Position numbers and translations under genes: made by a program. This document shows positions 22,676 to 34,451 of a DNA stretch of 43,465 bases, piece by piece; position 1 is the first letter of the stretch; each line of letters opens with the position of its first letter. The stretch is from Malassezia furfur (taxonomy: Eukaryota), in the NCBI GenBank assembly GCA_052055015.1, contig JBQJIT010000045.1, one strand, 5' to 3'. The notes beneath the pieces are model-generated. The model ran no database searches. It was not told the origin of the DNA and saw nothing but the letters and a program-made list of their open reading frames with translations.

Positions 22676-25649
22676 ATGGCGCAGGCAGCGCAGCCGGGCG
22701 TCCTGGCGCCGTTCGAAGGGCAGCGCCCGCTCCAGCCGGGAACACGCGTGCAGGTCGGCGAGCATGTGGTGACTGTACAGCGCTTCCTGAGCCAGGGCGG
22801 CTTCGCCCGCGTCTACCTCGTGCATGCGGATCAAGCCGTGTACCTGCCGAGCGGGGAGCGGACCACGACGCTTGTGCTCAAGCACATGTGTGTGTGGAAC
22901 AAGGATGCGCTCCGCAGCGTACGCGCCGAGGTCGAGCACCACCGCGAGCTGCGTGGCCACACGTCGATCGTCCACTTCGTCGAGGCCTCCGCCGCGAACC
23001 TGCAGGGCGACGGCTGGGAGATCTTTATCTTGATGGAGTGTGCGGCCGGTGGGGGGCTGATCGACTTTCTCAACACACGCCTACAGAAGCGCCTCGACGA
23101 GCGCGAAGTACTCGCGATCATGCGCGACGTCTGCCGCGGCGTGCAGGTGATGCATGCGCAGCGACTCGTGCACCGCGACCTCAAAATTGAAAACATCCTG
23201 CTGAGCGGGTCGACGCCGACGCGCTTCAAGCTGTGCGACTTTGGCTCGTGCTTCTCTTCGCGCGACGTACAGCCGGCACGCACGCCCGAGCAGAAGAAGC
23301 AGCTCGAAAAAGAGCTCAACATGCACACCACCATTTGGTACCGCGCCCCGGAGATGGTCGACCTGCGCCTCGAGCAGGTGATTGACGAGCGCGCCGACAT
23401 TTGGGCCCTCGGCGTGTTTCTGTACAAGCTGTGCTACTACACCACGCCGTTCGAGGGGCCGCAGGGTGGGCCCGCGGCGATCATGCGGGCGCACTACACA
23501 TTCCCGCCTACGCCGCCGTACTCGGCGGAGCTCAAGCAGCTGATTGGTACGTGATGGCACCACTCACCCAGCCTCTATGCTCACCGTCGATCCCGCCAAG
23601 CGGCCGACGATTGGGAGCGTGTTGGAACGCATCGACGCGCTGCTCACGCCGCAGGGCGCCCCGAAGGGCACGCCAAAGAGCACGCCGCAGAATACGCTGC
23701 CCCCGCGGCCTCCGAGCGCATCGGCGGTGCAGGCACCGCCCCGCAGCCGTGCGAGCCCTGCGCCGCACGCCCCAGGCACGCAGCTGCTCTCGGCGTCGCC
23801 TATGCGCATCGCGAGTCCCGAGCCCGAGTCCGTCGAGGAAGCCTCGGAGCGGTTCCCAAGCCTCGAGGAGCTCCAGCGTCAGTCGAACGTGCGCAGGCTC
23901 GCGGCGCGATTCCATACCAAGGATACGTCGCCTGCCGCGCCGTCCGTGCCGCGTGCAAAACCGCGCCGCGGCCCTTACACGATGCCCGAGCCCGCGGCGA
24001 TGCCGTCGGCGGCTGCGCCGCCCCAGCGAAAACCGGTGCAGTCGCAGGCCGACCACACCGCGGTGGATATCCAGTCAAGCGACGAGGACGAGCCGCCCGA
24101 AGATGTCGAGGCACACTACCCCTTCCGTGTGCGCAAGCGCGAGAGTGTCACGATCAACATGGAGCCGCCTGCACCGCCGCCAAGCAGTGCGCCGCCGCCA
24201 AGCAGTGCGCCGCCGCCCCGAGCACCCGTGCGCTCGCTGAGCGAGCTGCTGTCGCAGGAGGAGGCACAGGCACCGGGCGACACGTCGATGCAAGCCGAAT
24301 CGCCTGCACAGGACGAGCTGGCATCGCTTGCCGCGCACGAAAAGGCACTTGAGGCCTTGCTGCAGCCCAGCGAGGAGGACGCTGCACCGTCTGAGCCGGC
24401 CGTTGGCGACCTGCTTGGCATTGAAGGGCTCAGCGTGCACGACCGCATCAGTGCCTGGGGTCGCGACGCACCGAGCCGTGCAGCGGCGGACGCTCCTGCA
24501 CCCCCCAACGAGCCCCTCGCTCGCCGTTCGCCTGCTCCGGACGCGCCGCGCGCGCCGTCGCATGCGCCCTCGCCCGACCTCAAACCATCCGCGCCTTCGC
24601 CCGATGCGCCAGCACGCAGTCCCCACGCCGACGACGCGGAGCGCCTCTCTTCAGCGCCAGACCAAGGCGCATTTTCGCCGCCTCTGCCTGGTCCACAGGC
24701 GAAGCCCGCAGCTACTCCGGCCGCCCAACTTCCGCCGCCTTCGCGCGCACGGCCGGCGCAGTCCAAACCGGTCAAGGTGGCACCGCCACGCGAGTCGGAC
24801 GATGAATCCCCGCGGCCAACCTCGCCGCCAGCTCCGCTTGCGCCGCAGCGGTCGGCGACATGGGACGTGGCCAGTAAACCGCGCGTGGCACCCAAGGTGG
24901 AGCCAAAGCCCAAGCCGAAGCAGTATGTCGACGCCTCGACATCACCGGAGCTCAAGGGCCACGAGCTGCCGACCATCTCGCCGCGGCACGACGCCGACGT
25001 GCTGAAGGACGTGCCCAGCGTACGTGCGCGGATGGCACAGCTGCACGCCCAGCGGTCGCAACCACCGAGCGAACCAGCGCGTGCGCCGCAAAAGTCGCCT
25101 GCGCCCAGCGCAGAGAAACCTGCCGAAGAGGTCGCCGAGCGCACCGCGCGTTCAGCATCACCTTCGCCGCCGCCGGCCGTGCAGTCGCCGCCGGCTGCCG
25201 TACGCTCACCGTCGCCTGCCGTACGCTCACCGTCGCCTGCCGTACGCTCGCCGTCGCCGGCTGTACGCTCGCCGCCGCCTGCCGTGCAGTCGCCGCCGCC
25301 TGCTGTACGCTCGCCGCCACCCGCCGTACGCTCGCCGCCGCCATCTGTACGGCCGGCCAAGCCCACTGCACCCAAGCCCGGCGCGGGCGGCGCGGCAGAC
25401 ATTGGCGCAGCGCTGCTCTCTCAGCGTGCCGGCCAAGTGCGCCTCACCAAGCGCGGCACGCAGGGCGGACCCGCGGTCAAGCCATGGGAGAAAGAGGCAG
25501 CAGCCGCGCGCGAGCGTCAGGGACGCATGCTTGTACCGCACGCCGAAGCGCCGCCGCCGCCCCGCGACACGCCGTCCGACGCGGACGAGGAGGGCTTCGC
25601 GGGGGTGAATGCGCTGATTCACCGGTGGCAGACCCGCAACGTCTCGTAG
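22676..25649 (+). CDS. NAK-family (Ark1/Prk1/Akl1-like) Ser/Thr kinase with long Pro-rich tail; intron 23547-23571 (25)
   Basis: LSQGGFARVY, HRDLKIEN, KLCDFGS, TTIWYRAPEM and LYKLCYYTTPFE motifs; RFPSLEEL and GVNALIHRWQ tail motifs. Confidence 0.9.
25164..25352 (+). repeat. Coding minisatellite, 9 x 21 bp (SP[S/P]PAV[R/Q] heptads) in the NAK kinase tail
   Basis: Tandem units such as tcaccgtcgcctgccgtacgc read directly from the sequence. Confidence 0.92.
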
Positions 25650-25677
25650 ATGTACCGTCCTTTTTCACACTACGGGG

Positions 25678-27222
25678 CTATGCCATGGGCCACGCGAGCG
25701 TACGCAGCAGCATGAAACGGTCCTGCACCTCGTCGATCGCCAGTGCGGCCATCACAAGCCCGATCGTCGTAGGCGCAGTCAGCACGATGTACGACACAAA
25801 GATGGTGCCGCTGATCAGGTACTCGACGTTGCTGTTGGGGTTACCGCGCTGCGACGTGATCTGCGCGAGCGTCAAGGCCGGCGGCGAGCCGATCACAAGG
25901 CATGCGCATGCGATGAACACGGGATCGTCGACCACCTTGGACTTGGACGCAATGCACAGATACGCGAGCATCGGGATCAGGATCAGGGGCGTCAGGATCA
26001 TGCGTGCCGTCGACGCGGCGATGATTGTGCGCCACGAGTAGTCGGGCATGTCCGACTCGGATGCCTCGTCGTCGCTTGAGTCGCACTCGGTCGACGTGCC
26101 CGTGTCTGCTGCCGCAAAGTAGGCACCCAGCACCAGGATGGTGAGCGGAATGCTGCACCCACCGAGCTGTTGCAGCGCACCAACGAGCGACGTCATCGAC
26201 ACGACCGTGCGCTGCAGTGGCGGCGTCAGCGCCACGACAAAGCTCGCGACGGCCGCCCACAGCGGCACGGTCATAAAGTTGAGCACCACGCGCACCGCAT
26301 ACTGCAGTGCGCCGATCACACGGCGCAGGATGGGCGTGCGCGGCGGCGCAAAGTGCACATGGCGGTCGTCGGCCAAGGGCTCCGCAGGGTCGTCGCGATA
26401 CGGCTCTCGCGTGCTAATCTGACTCGCACTCGCGAGCTGGTCGCGGTGCACGTCGTCCACGAGGAAGTCGGTCACGTCATCCGTGAAGCCGGTGCCGGTG
26501 CGGTGGTGCAGGTGCGGCGGCGGCGGCTCGTTGGATACTTTGGCGAGCAAATTGGACGCAATGCTCCAGCGCTGCACGGTGCCGAGCGTCGAGAAGAGCA
26601 CAAGATAAGTCAGCGCACGACCCAACATGTCGTCGGGCGTGTCCGTGTCCTGTCCATTGCGCTTCCAGTGCAGTTCGGGCACCGTACCGACCAGCGACTG
26701 AATCAGCGCGACCGGCAGCGTATTCGAGTTGGGCGTAATGGAGCCTGCGTCAGCACAAAGTACGCACAAGCCACGACAAAGTAGCGCTGGCCGGCCGGGA
26801 TCCGCGTGACCCACGACATGACGTAGGCGCTCAGCGCAGATACCAGCGACACTATCACGAACCCAAGCGGCACGATAGCCAGCTCCGTGAGCCGCTCCGG
26901 GGTGAGCGAGAAGGCGACCTTGGAGAAGAGCAGTGAAGGCGTGAGAATAGATACGTTGAGCTGGGTAAGTAAAGTGATCAGCTGGTGCCCACCTTGTTGA
27001 GTTTCTGGGTGAGTACGCGTGACGAACCGTCTGGGTCTTCTTATCGAGCACACCGCGACGCGCGAGGATGTACCCGGCCAGGCACATCACGACGACCTGC
27101 AAGATGGACGCGAGTGTGACTGACACGAGCTTCATGAGCGAGCTGAGTGCGGGAAGCACCATCACCGTCGCGGCCGTGTTCACGACATCGCGACGGGCGA
27201 GGGCGTCCCAAGGTATGTACAT
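25678..27222 (-). CDS. PILS/auxin-efflux-carrier-like (Mem_trans) ER transporter; introns 27005-27027 (23), 26961-26992 (32), 26745-26767 (23); 12-nt micro-exon 26993-27004
   Basis: Spliced DKKTQT|KLNK|LNVSILTPSLLFSKVAF and AC|SITPNSNTLPVAL; NFMTVPLWAA, SIPLTILVLGAYF, DDPVF and SPPALTLAQIT motifs. Confidence 0.87.
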   Translation of the reverse strand: MYIPWDALARRDVVNTAATVMVLPALSSLMKLVSVTLASILQVVVMCLAGYILARRGVLDKKTQTVRHAYSPRNSTRWAPADHFTYPAQRIYSHAFTALLQGRLLAHPGAAHGAGYRAAWVRDSVAGICAERLRHVVGHADPGRPALLCRGLCVLCADAGSITPNSNTLPVALIQSLVGTVPELHWKRNGQDTDTPDDMLGRALTYLVLFSTLGTVQRWSIASNLLAKVSNEPPPPHLHHRTGTGFTDDVTDFLVDDVHRDQLASASQISTREPYRDDPAEPLADDRHVHFAPPRTPILRRVIGALQYAVRVVLNFMTVPLWAAVASFVVALTPPLQRTVVSMTSLVGALQQLGGCSIPLTILVLGAYFAAADTGTSTECDSSDDEASESDMPDYSWRTIIAASTARMILTPLILIPMLAYLCIASKSKVVDDPVFIACACLVIGSPPALTLAQITSQRGNPNSNVEYLISGTIFVSYIVLTAPTTIGLVMAALAIDEVQDRFMLLRTLAWPMA

Positions 27223-27260
27223 GGCACGGGGAAGGACACAGACACCTCCACATTACGAAG

Positions 27261-27741
27261 CTATGTGCGGCTGCGTGCCTGGCGCAGCCGTTTGGCGCGG
27301 TGCAGCGCGCGCATACGTTTCCGGCGACCCGCGCCGCGTTCTGTGTGAGTAGGTGTACGTACTTGCACCCGTGATGCGCACTTTCCCGTCGTTCTCCTCG
27401 AGCTTCTTGCGCGAGGCAGCAAGAATTTTGTCGACGCGACGCTCCTTGGCCTTATCGCGCTTCTTCAGCATGCCCGCGAGCTGCGTGCGCATCAGTGTGA
27501 GGTATTCCTGCTCGAACGTCGGCAGTTCTGCGGGCGGCACGACGGTGCTCAGCTTCGTTTTCCCGGTCGTCTTCCCATCCGTCGCACGGTAGAGCAGCGG
27601 CGCAGGATTGCTCGCCTCGGCGCGCTTCACCGTGACATACACGGTATGCTTCTCTGTGGCGCTCGCAAAAAGCGTCGCGAGCTTCGCAAGAAACTGGGTG
27701 AGCGGCGCGCGGCGACGCACCTCGTTCGGCGCAACGCGCAT
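27261..27741 (-). CDS. SRP14: Signal recognition particle subunit SRP14; introns 27694-27720 (27) and 27341-27362 (22)
   Basis: Spliced MRVAPNE|FLAKLATLF..TVYVTVKR, LYRATDG, KLSTVV, LKKRDK, and tail GA|KRGAGRRKR. Confidence 0.9.
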
Positions 27742-27811
27742 GGTCGTGGACGAAGAAGCACGTGACGTCGCGGCGCGCGCGTTGGACCCTGTCGATGGCG
27801 GCCAGGCCAAC

Positions 27812-30800
27812 ATGCTTGGGCGCCATGCGGATTTTGACGATGAGTGGGAGGAAATGCCCATTGAGCGCATGAGCGCTGTCGAGCTGGAAGATGAGTCAGA
27901 TGAGTCGGATACCCCGAACGTGCCGAGCCATGTCCGCAGCCAGCGCGCCCACGCCGCGCGGCGCATGCACCTCGGCAGCCGGGGCACTTTGGCGCATGCG
28001 ACGTCGAATCATGCGGGTGAACACTTGGACGTGCACGATGTGCGTGGATATGACTGGCGTACGCGCCCGGATGCGGACGAGAGCGTCGATGAGCCGCGCG
28101 GTACCGAGTATACACAGCTGCGGCTCGACGAGGCCGAAGACGAAGAGGAGCTGCACGCCGCGACCGAGTATCTGTTCCAAGAGGACATGAACCGCATCGG
28201 GGACATGGACGACGACCCGACCGCGGCGCCCATCTCGCAGCTCGCCATGACCAAACGGCTGCTCAACGAGACGCAGAAAATCGCGTATGTTGGCCTGTGC
28301 TGTATCACCGCCTACGAAATGCTGCACGAGACGCAGCATCTCGAGCCGACCGAGCCCAAGCCCGCGTCGAAAAACACGAGCGAGTGGATGCTGCGTGTCA
28401 TGGTGCGGCTGTACCAACACCTCGACATTGACATTCAAGGTACGTCGCTCTGCTGACCCAGAACAAACTATGATCGATTCGCTGGCGCACCATGGGATTC
28501 TGGCGTCCGACCTGGCACGCAGCCTGATTACAACGCACACGATTGCGAACCCCGGGTACGATCCGACGCTGGATGACAGCACGGATGAGCCACTCAAACC
28601 CGTGCTCCCGACGCAGCCTGCGGAACCGACACAGCCTGCGGAACCGACGCAGCCTACGGAACCGACGCAGCCTACGGAACCGAAGCAGCCTGCGGAACCG
28701 AAGCAGCCTGCGGAACCGGCGCAGCCTGCCCCTGCCTCCCCCTCGTCGCCTCCGCCGGCACCGGCGCCGGTGCACACGGAGGTCAAGACGCCCGTGCGTA
28801 CCGACCCAAATACCGCAGCGCAGATCGCCGAACGCGATGCGGCCGCAACCGACCCCACGACGACGGCTCCGGTCGTCGATGCACAGGCGCTGCACCGGCC
28901 GGACCCGGGTGTGCCGCCGTCGCAGAACACGCTGGAGGGCGTCACGACCGAGATCAGCGCTTCGTCCAAGACCATCACGCTCGATATTCGCTGGACGGTG
29001 CTGTGCGACCTGTTCTTGGTACTCACGGCCGACAGTGTGTACGATGCGCGCTCGCGTGTGTTGTTGGAGCGGGTCGCCCAGGCGCTGCAGCTCACGTGGA
29101 TGGATCTGACCAAGTTTGAAAAGCGCGTCACCGATGCGCTCGAGATCGAGGAGGACGTGCAGACGCTCAACGATGCACGTGTCTCAGAGCGCCGGCGTGC
29201 GTCTGCGCAGAAGAAACGCATGATGATGATGGGTCTTGCGACCGTCGGTGGCGGTCTTGTGATCGGTCTGTCCGCGGGTCTGCTGGCGCCCGTGATCGGC
29301 GCAGGGATCGGCGCGGCGCTGGGCGCCGTCGGCATCAGCGGCACGTCGGCGTTCCTGGGCGGTGGTGTGGGCGCAGCGGCGATCACCACCACGGGCACGC
29401 TTGGTGGTGCCGCGCTCGGTGGGCGCGGCATGAGTCGGCGCACGCGCAGTGTCAAGACCTTCGAGTTCCGCCCGATGCACAACCACAAGCGTGTCAACTG
29501 CATCGTGACCGTGCCCGGCTTTCTGCGTGGGCCGGAAGACGACCCGACGCTGCCGTTTGGTGTGATCGACCCCGTGATGGGCGACGCATTCAGTGTGATG
29601 TGGGAGCCCGAGATGATGCGTGAGATGGGCAACGCCATGTCGATCCTCTGGAACGAGACGCTCGTCCAGGGCGTCCAGCAGGTGCTGGCTGCAACGGTCG
29701 CCGGTGCCATGTTTTCGGCACTCGCGTGGCCGCTGTGGCTCACCAAGCTCAGCTACATCATCGACAACCCGTGGTCGAACGCGACGGAGCGCGCGCGCGC
29801 CGCAGGCCTCATCCTGGCCGACGTGCTGATGAACCGGCAGCTCGGTGTGCGGCCCATTACGCTGGTTGGGTTCAGCCTGGGGGCGCGCATGATCTACTAT
29901 GCGCTGCGCGAGCTTGCGCACAAGAAGGCGTATGGCATCGTGCAGAACGTGTATCTGCTCGGCGCGCCGGTGACTGCGGGCGAAGCCGAGTGGAAGCAGG
30001 TGCGCGCGGTGGTTTCCGGACGCTTTGTGAATGGTACGTGCCTTACTTACCCAGCCTTTTCGCGCTCCGACTGGCTCTTGGCGTACCTGCACCGCGCCAC
30101 GTCCGGTGGATTCCACTCGATTGCCGGCCTGCACCCAATCGAGTACGACTGCAACATCGAGAACGTCGACGTGACGCATCTGGTGCCGGGCCATCTCTCG
30201 TACCGCGTGCTGACGCCGCTCGTGCTCGGCGAGCTCGGATTCAAGACGACCGCCGACTACTTTGACGAGCCCGAGTCGCTCGACCAGGTGCCCGAGCGCG
30301 AGGTGGTGTTTGATGCGGGGCTCGAAACGCCGTCGACCCCCAAGTCGAAACTGAGCTTCAAAAATATTTTCTCGCGCAAGACTCCGCGCGAGGATCGTAC
30401 CGAACGGACCGCGGCGGCGCTCAGTGCCGCCGTACGCACGACTGCAGCCGATACAGGCGCGCGCGAGGAGTACGTCGTTGACGACGATGCGCCAGAGACC
30501 GAGGACGCCGAAAAGAGGACAGGTGTGGCAGAAACGCCTGCCGCGGCCGCGCAGGTGTCGGAACACGCGCCGGAACCGAGTGAAGGCATCACAAAGGCGC
30601 CTGTGGGGACGAGCGAGCCGCCGCCAAGCAAGGGCAGCGATGCACAGGCCGAGCCGGCAGGTGCGGCCGGGCAGACCGAGGCGCCTGCGTCGCGCAGCAC
30701 CGCCAACCTGGCCGCGTCTGCATCGACTGCGGACTTCGACGCTCCGTCGAAGGAAGCTGCACCCAGCGAACGTGCGGAAGAAGCAAAGGAGGTCGAGGTC

Positions 30801-31337
30801 GAGCACGCGGAAGATGTGCCGGAGCACAAAGAGCAGACAGCCTCTGCGGCGGTGACTCCGTCAGCGTCTGCCGCTGCAGCCGCCTCCACTGCGGCTTCTT
30901 CTGCCGACGCGCTCACTGAACCCCAGGAGGATGTGCCGGCTGAACCTGCCGCAGCACGCGATGAAATGCCGACAGCGACACCGCACGAAGCCACGGAAGG
31001 TGCCGAGGCGCCCTTCTCGGAGCCTGCTTCGCCTCCCGATACGACCGAGCCTGCAGATGCGCCGTCTGCACCCGCGCCGTCTGCCCCCGCGTTCGCCTCT
31101 ATCACGGCCGCTGCCGGAAACTATGGGTTGTCGTCCGAGGAAGCCGAGCGGTTGGCGTCGCAGTTCCAAGGCACTACGCTTTCTACTGCACCCACGTTCA
31201 CCGCCGACGACGCCTGGGACACACCCTCGCTTGCTATACCCCTTTCCGATTCGGCAGACGCGACGAGTGAGCCGCGCCGTGCGGCGGAGGACCGCGCGCG
31301 TCTGCCCGAATGGGCGGCCGAGAATCCGTGGGGCTGA
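27812..31337 (+). CDS. DUF726/TMCO4/Mil1-like alpha/beta-hydrolase-fold protein; introns 28440-28461 (22) and 30034-30054 (21)
   Basis: [52 protein letters not shown] and [13 protein letters not shown] (GxSxG) motifs. The start is uncertain (27812 vs 27740). Confidence 0.88.
28608..28733 (+). repeat. Coding minisatellite, 7 x 18 bp (P[T/K/A]QP[A/T]E) in the DUF726 gene
   Basis: Tandem ccgacgcagcctgcggaa-like units. Confidence 0.92.
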
Positions 31338-31395
31338 ATAGGTCGCAAATAATTTGTGTTGCTTAGTCGCGCGCGTGCGCTCGGGCCGCCCGCCC

Positions 31396-32643
31396 ATGCA
31401 CGGCCGATGGGTGCGCTGCGTCACGGCCGTCGTCCTGCTTTTGACTGTCATGCCGCTCCACCTGTCGAACTTGTTCAAGTCGCATCACCGCGGAAAGGTG
31501 CATGAACACGTCGCTGTAGGCTACTTCCCGAACTGGTCGATCTACCAGCGGAACTACAAGCCTGCAGATGTGCCGGTCGACCGACTGACGCACATTCTGT
31601 ACGCGTTTGCCAACATCCAGCCAGAAGATGGGAGCGTGGTGCTCACCGATCTGTGGTCCGACCAGCAGATCAAGTACGATGGCGATCAGGAGCAGCCCGA
31701 TGCTCTCTACGGCAACTTCCACCAGTTCCTCCGCTTCAAGAAGCAGCATCGGCACCTCAAGCTCCTCCTGTCCATTGGCGGATGGAGCTACTCGGGCAAC
31801 TTTGCATGCTTGGCCGACGAGCAGAAGCGCACGCGGTTTGTCGAGTCCGCTGTGCAGCTGCTTGCGGACAACGGTCTCGACGGCCTGGACATTGACTGGG
31901 AATACCCTGCGTCCAAGAAAGAGGCCCAGATTTATGTCGCACTGCTGCGTGCGCTGCGCAAGCAGCTGGACGCCTACGGCGCGCGCGCGACACCCGACGA
32001 CCCGCACTATCTACTCACGGTCGCCGCACCGGCGGCACCGCAAAAGTACGAGACGCTCGACATCGGCGCCATGGACGAGGTACTCGATTTCTGGAACTTG
32101 ATGACGTACGACTTCTCGGGCGCCTGGGACTCGGCGGCGAACGCGCAGGCCAACCTGTGGGGCAGCCCGCTGTCGGTGCAGCGCACGGTCGACTACTACT
32201 GCAAGCACGGCACCAAGGCACACAAGCTAGTCGTTGGCGTCCCCTTGTACGGCCGCGGCTTTGACGGCACGCAAGGTCCGGGCGCGCCGTATGCACGCGC
32301 GGCACCCGGCTCGCTCGAGGCTGGGGTGTACAGCTATAAGGAGCTGCCTTTGCCTGGCGCAGAGGAGCGATACGATGCGCGCGCGGGCGCCGCGTACTCG
32401 TACAACAGCCAGCAGGGCCAGCTTGTGTCGTACGACTCGGTCGAGTCGGCCAATGCCAAGGCCCAGTTCATTGCCGAGCAGGGTGTGCTGGGCGTCATGT
32501 TCTGGGAGCTGAGCGGCGACCGGCCGACCACGGACGCGCGCTCGCTTGTGCGTCTGTTCGCAGAAAAGCTGGCGCCGCTCGACACGAGCGCCAACCATGT
32601 GCGTTACCCCGAGAGCCGGTTTGCCAACGTGCGGTCTACATAG
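31396..32643 (+). CDS. GH18 chitinase (group A / class V type)
   Basis: GYFPNWSIY, THILYAFAN, LSIGGW, catalytic DGLDIDWEYP, NLMTYDFSG and GVMFWE motifs; in-frame ATGs at 31396 and 31450. Confidence 0.95.
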   Translation: MHGRWVRCVTAVVLLLTVMPLHLSNLFKSHHRGKVHEHVAVGYFPNWSIYQRNYKPADVPVDRLTHILYAFANIQPEDGSVVLTDLWSDQQIKYDGDQEQPDALYGNFHQFLRFKKQHRHLKLLLSIGGWSYSGNFACLADEQKRTRFVESAVQLLADNGLDGLDIDWEYPASKKEAQIYVALLRALRKQLDAYGARATPDDPHYLLTVAAPAAPQKYETLDIGAMDEVLDFWNLMTYDFSGAWDSAANAQANLWGSPLSVQRTVDYYCKHGTKAHKLVVGVPLYGRGFDGTQGPGAPYARAAPGSLEAGVYSYKELPLPGAEERYDARAGAAYSYNSQQGQLVSYDSVESANAKAQFIAEQGVLGVMFWELSGDRPTTDARSLVRLFAEKLAPLDTSANHVRYPESRFANVRST

Positions 32644-32645
32644 CG

Positions 32646-34451
32646 CTACTCGTCGTCGCCCGTCTCCTTGGCATAGATCGTCTTGGGCTGCGTCTTGGCA
32701 TACACGCTGGTCCACCGCGGGTCCTTTTCGGCCTTGTCGGCGTACTTGAGCAGCGCCTCGCGCGGGTCCTGCATACGGAGCGCCGCTTGGCCCTCGTACA
32801 TACCCTGCACCAGGTGCGTGTTGGCCGACTTGCCCACACGCCCGCCGTAGCCCTGCCCGCGAATCGGCATCTGCGGAAGCTTGGTCTTGACCGGATCGCG
32901 GCGGATACGGTTCTTGGCCTCCTTCCACGCGAGGTACTGCCGCTTCGGCTCGTCGAGCTCGTAGTAGTCCTCGTCCTTGTCCTCGGGCATAAAGATGGGC
33001 ACATCGGCCGTGACACCGCCCGGCAGCTCCTCGATGCCGAACGGATTCGAGCGCACACGTGCGCGCCGCTTGACGCCCATGAGCGCGCCGAGCTGCGACG
33101 CCTCTTCGTCGTAAAATACATTCACCACCCCGCTTCGTGTCCCGGCAAGCACCTGGTTGATGCGCGGCTGCCACGCGACACGCGTCACAGACGAGTGGTC
33201 CACGGGGTGTACGTGCTGCGTCGCGAGGTCGTCACGCGACAGCACTGCCAGTTGACCCCACACGCTCATAAGGTCATCCGGCGCATCGGGCGTCGAAGTC
33301 ATGTGTGCCTCCTTCGGCACGGACGCGGTGCCCGTGACGACGTGCCGGCCGTCCGGACTGAAGAGCACGTCGCAGTGCTCGCTGCCGACCGGCACGCCCT
33401 CCCGCACCGCGATCGGCTTCTTGAGGCTGCGTAGGTCAAAAAGTTTTACGGTATCGTCGTTGCCACGCGTCGCCAGCGTGACGTTGTCGGCGGCAACGGC
33501 GATGCTCGACGTGCCTGCGCCGAGCGCATGCGCACGCTCGAGCGATGCAGATGGGCGCGAATAGCTCCCATTCGTGGACCATACATGCAGTGCACCGTCC
33601 TGGCACCCTGCGACGATCGCACTGCCGTCAGGCGTATAGGTGACCGACGTGACTTTGGTCTTGGTGCCGCGTTGCTTGGAACGCACCACAATCACAATCT
33701 TCTGGCCGGACAAGAAGTCCACGTCCCAGATCCGAATCGTGCTGTCCGACCCGCCGGTAAGGAAGGTGCTGGCGTCGTTGGGGTGCCATCCACCACACGT
33801 CATCTCGGTCACATGCCCGTTGGTGTGTTTCATGTCGCGCATGAACACGTTGCCCTTTTTGTACTTAGCCAGCTCCTCGCCCTGGAAGTCGTACACCCGC
33901 GGCTCGGTGGTGGCGTTGATGCACAGCAAATTCCGCGAAACAGGCGAGTAGGCCAACTGCACCACGGGGTAGTTCTCCGCAGGCTCAAACGTCTTGAATG
34001 GGCGGAACGTCTGGGTCATTCCGCCAAAGTCCCACAGCTTGACCTCGTAGTCGTGCGAGCCCGTCGCGACGCGCGTGCCTGACGGATCAATGGCCAGCGC
34101 CGAGATGGTCTTGGTATGGTCTTTGAGCTCGACGTGCTGGTCGAGCGGCGCACCGCCATACTCGGCGGTGCGGCCCTCGCCGAGTTCGGCAGGGTCATGA
34201 CGGTTCGTATGGCTTTGGCTGCGCGAGGTATCGGCCGTGTCGTCGGCATGCTCCAAGTCGCTATCGTGCGCGGCCGCCGAGCTCGTCTCGCCCGGCGCTT
34301 CGGCCGCTGGGGCAGGCGGCGTAGGAGGCGCAGCAGGGGTAGGCATCTCGTCCTCTGGTGGCGCCTCGGCCTTCCTCTTGCCCGGGCGCACAGGCTCCGC
34401 CGGGCGCCCAAAGCCCATGGGCAGCATCGCCCGCAACGCGTCTTCGTCCAT
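32646..34451 (-). CDS. WDR70: WD40 protein WDR70/Gad1-like
   Basis: N-terminal LPMGFG, VKLWDFGGM..FRPF, KGNVFMRDMKHTNGH, and C-terminal DPREALLKYA..P.WT..Y..TQPK. Confidence 0.88.
   Translation of the reverse strand: MDEDALRAMLPMGFGRPAEPVRPGKRKAEAPPEDEMPTPAAPPTPPAPAAEAPGETSSAAAHDSDLEHADDTADTSRSQSHTNRHDPAELGEGRTAEYGGAPLDQHVELKDHTKTISALAIDPSGTRVATGSHDYEVKLWDFGGMTQTFRPFKTFEPAENYPVVQLAYSPVSRNLLCINATTEPRVYDFQGEELAKYKKGNVFMRDMKHTNGHVTEMTCGGWHPNDASTFLTGGSDSTIRIWDVDFLSGQKIVIVVRSKQRGTKTKVTSVTYTPDGSAIVAGCQDGALHVWSTNGSYSRPSASLERAHALGAGTSSIAVAADNVTLATRGNDDTVKLFDLRSLKKPIAVREGVPVGSEHCDVLFSPDGRHVVTGTASVPKEAHMTSTPDAPDDLMSVWGQLAVLSRDDLATQHVHPVDHSSVTRVAWQPRINQVLAGTRSGVVNVFYDEEASQLGALMGVKRRARVRSNPFGIEELPGGVTADVPIFMPEDKDEDYYELDEPKRQYLAWKEAKNRIRRDPVKTKLPQMPIRGQGYGGRVGKSANTHLVQGMYEGQAALRMQDPREALLKYADKAEKDPRWTSVYAKTQPKTIYAKETGDDE

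Noticed and set aside
27739..27742. SRP14 ATG and a possible DUF726 ATG overlapping on one CATG palindrome
   Set aside because: ATG 27812 is the more plausible start; the intervening 70 bp carries promoter-like CACGTGACGTC and no recognisable conserved residues. Cannot be fully excluded.
24170..28733. Tandem repeats as CRISPR arrays or mobile elements
   Set aside because: They are in-frame coding minisatellites with no spacers, terminal repeats or transposase; the context is eukaryotic.
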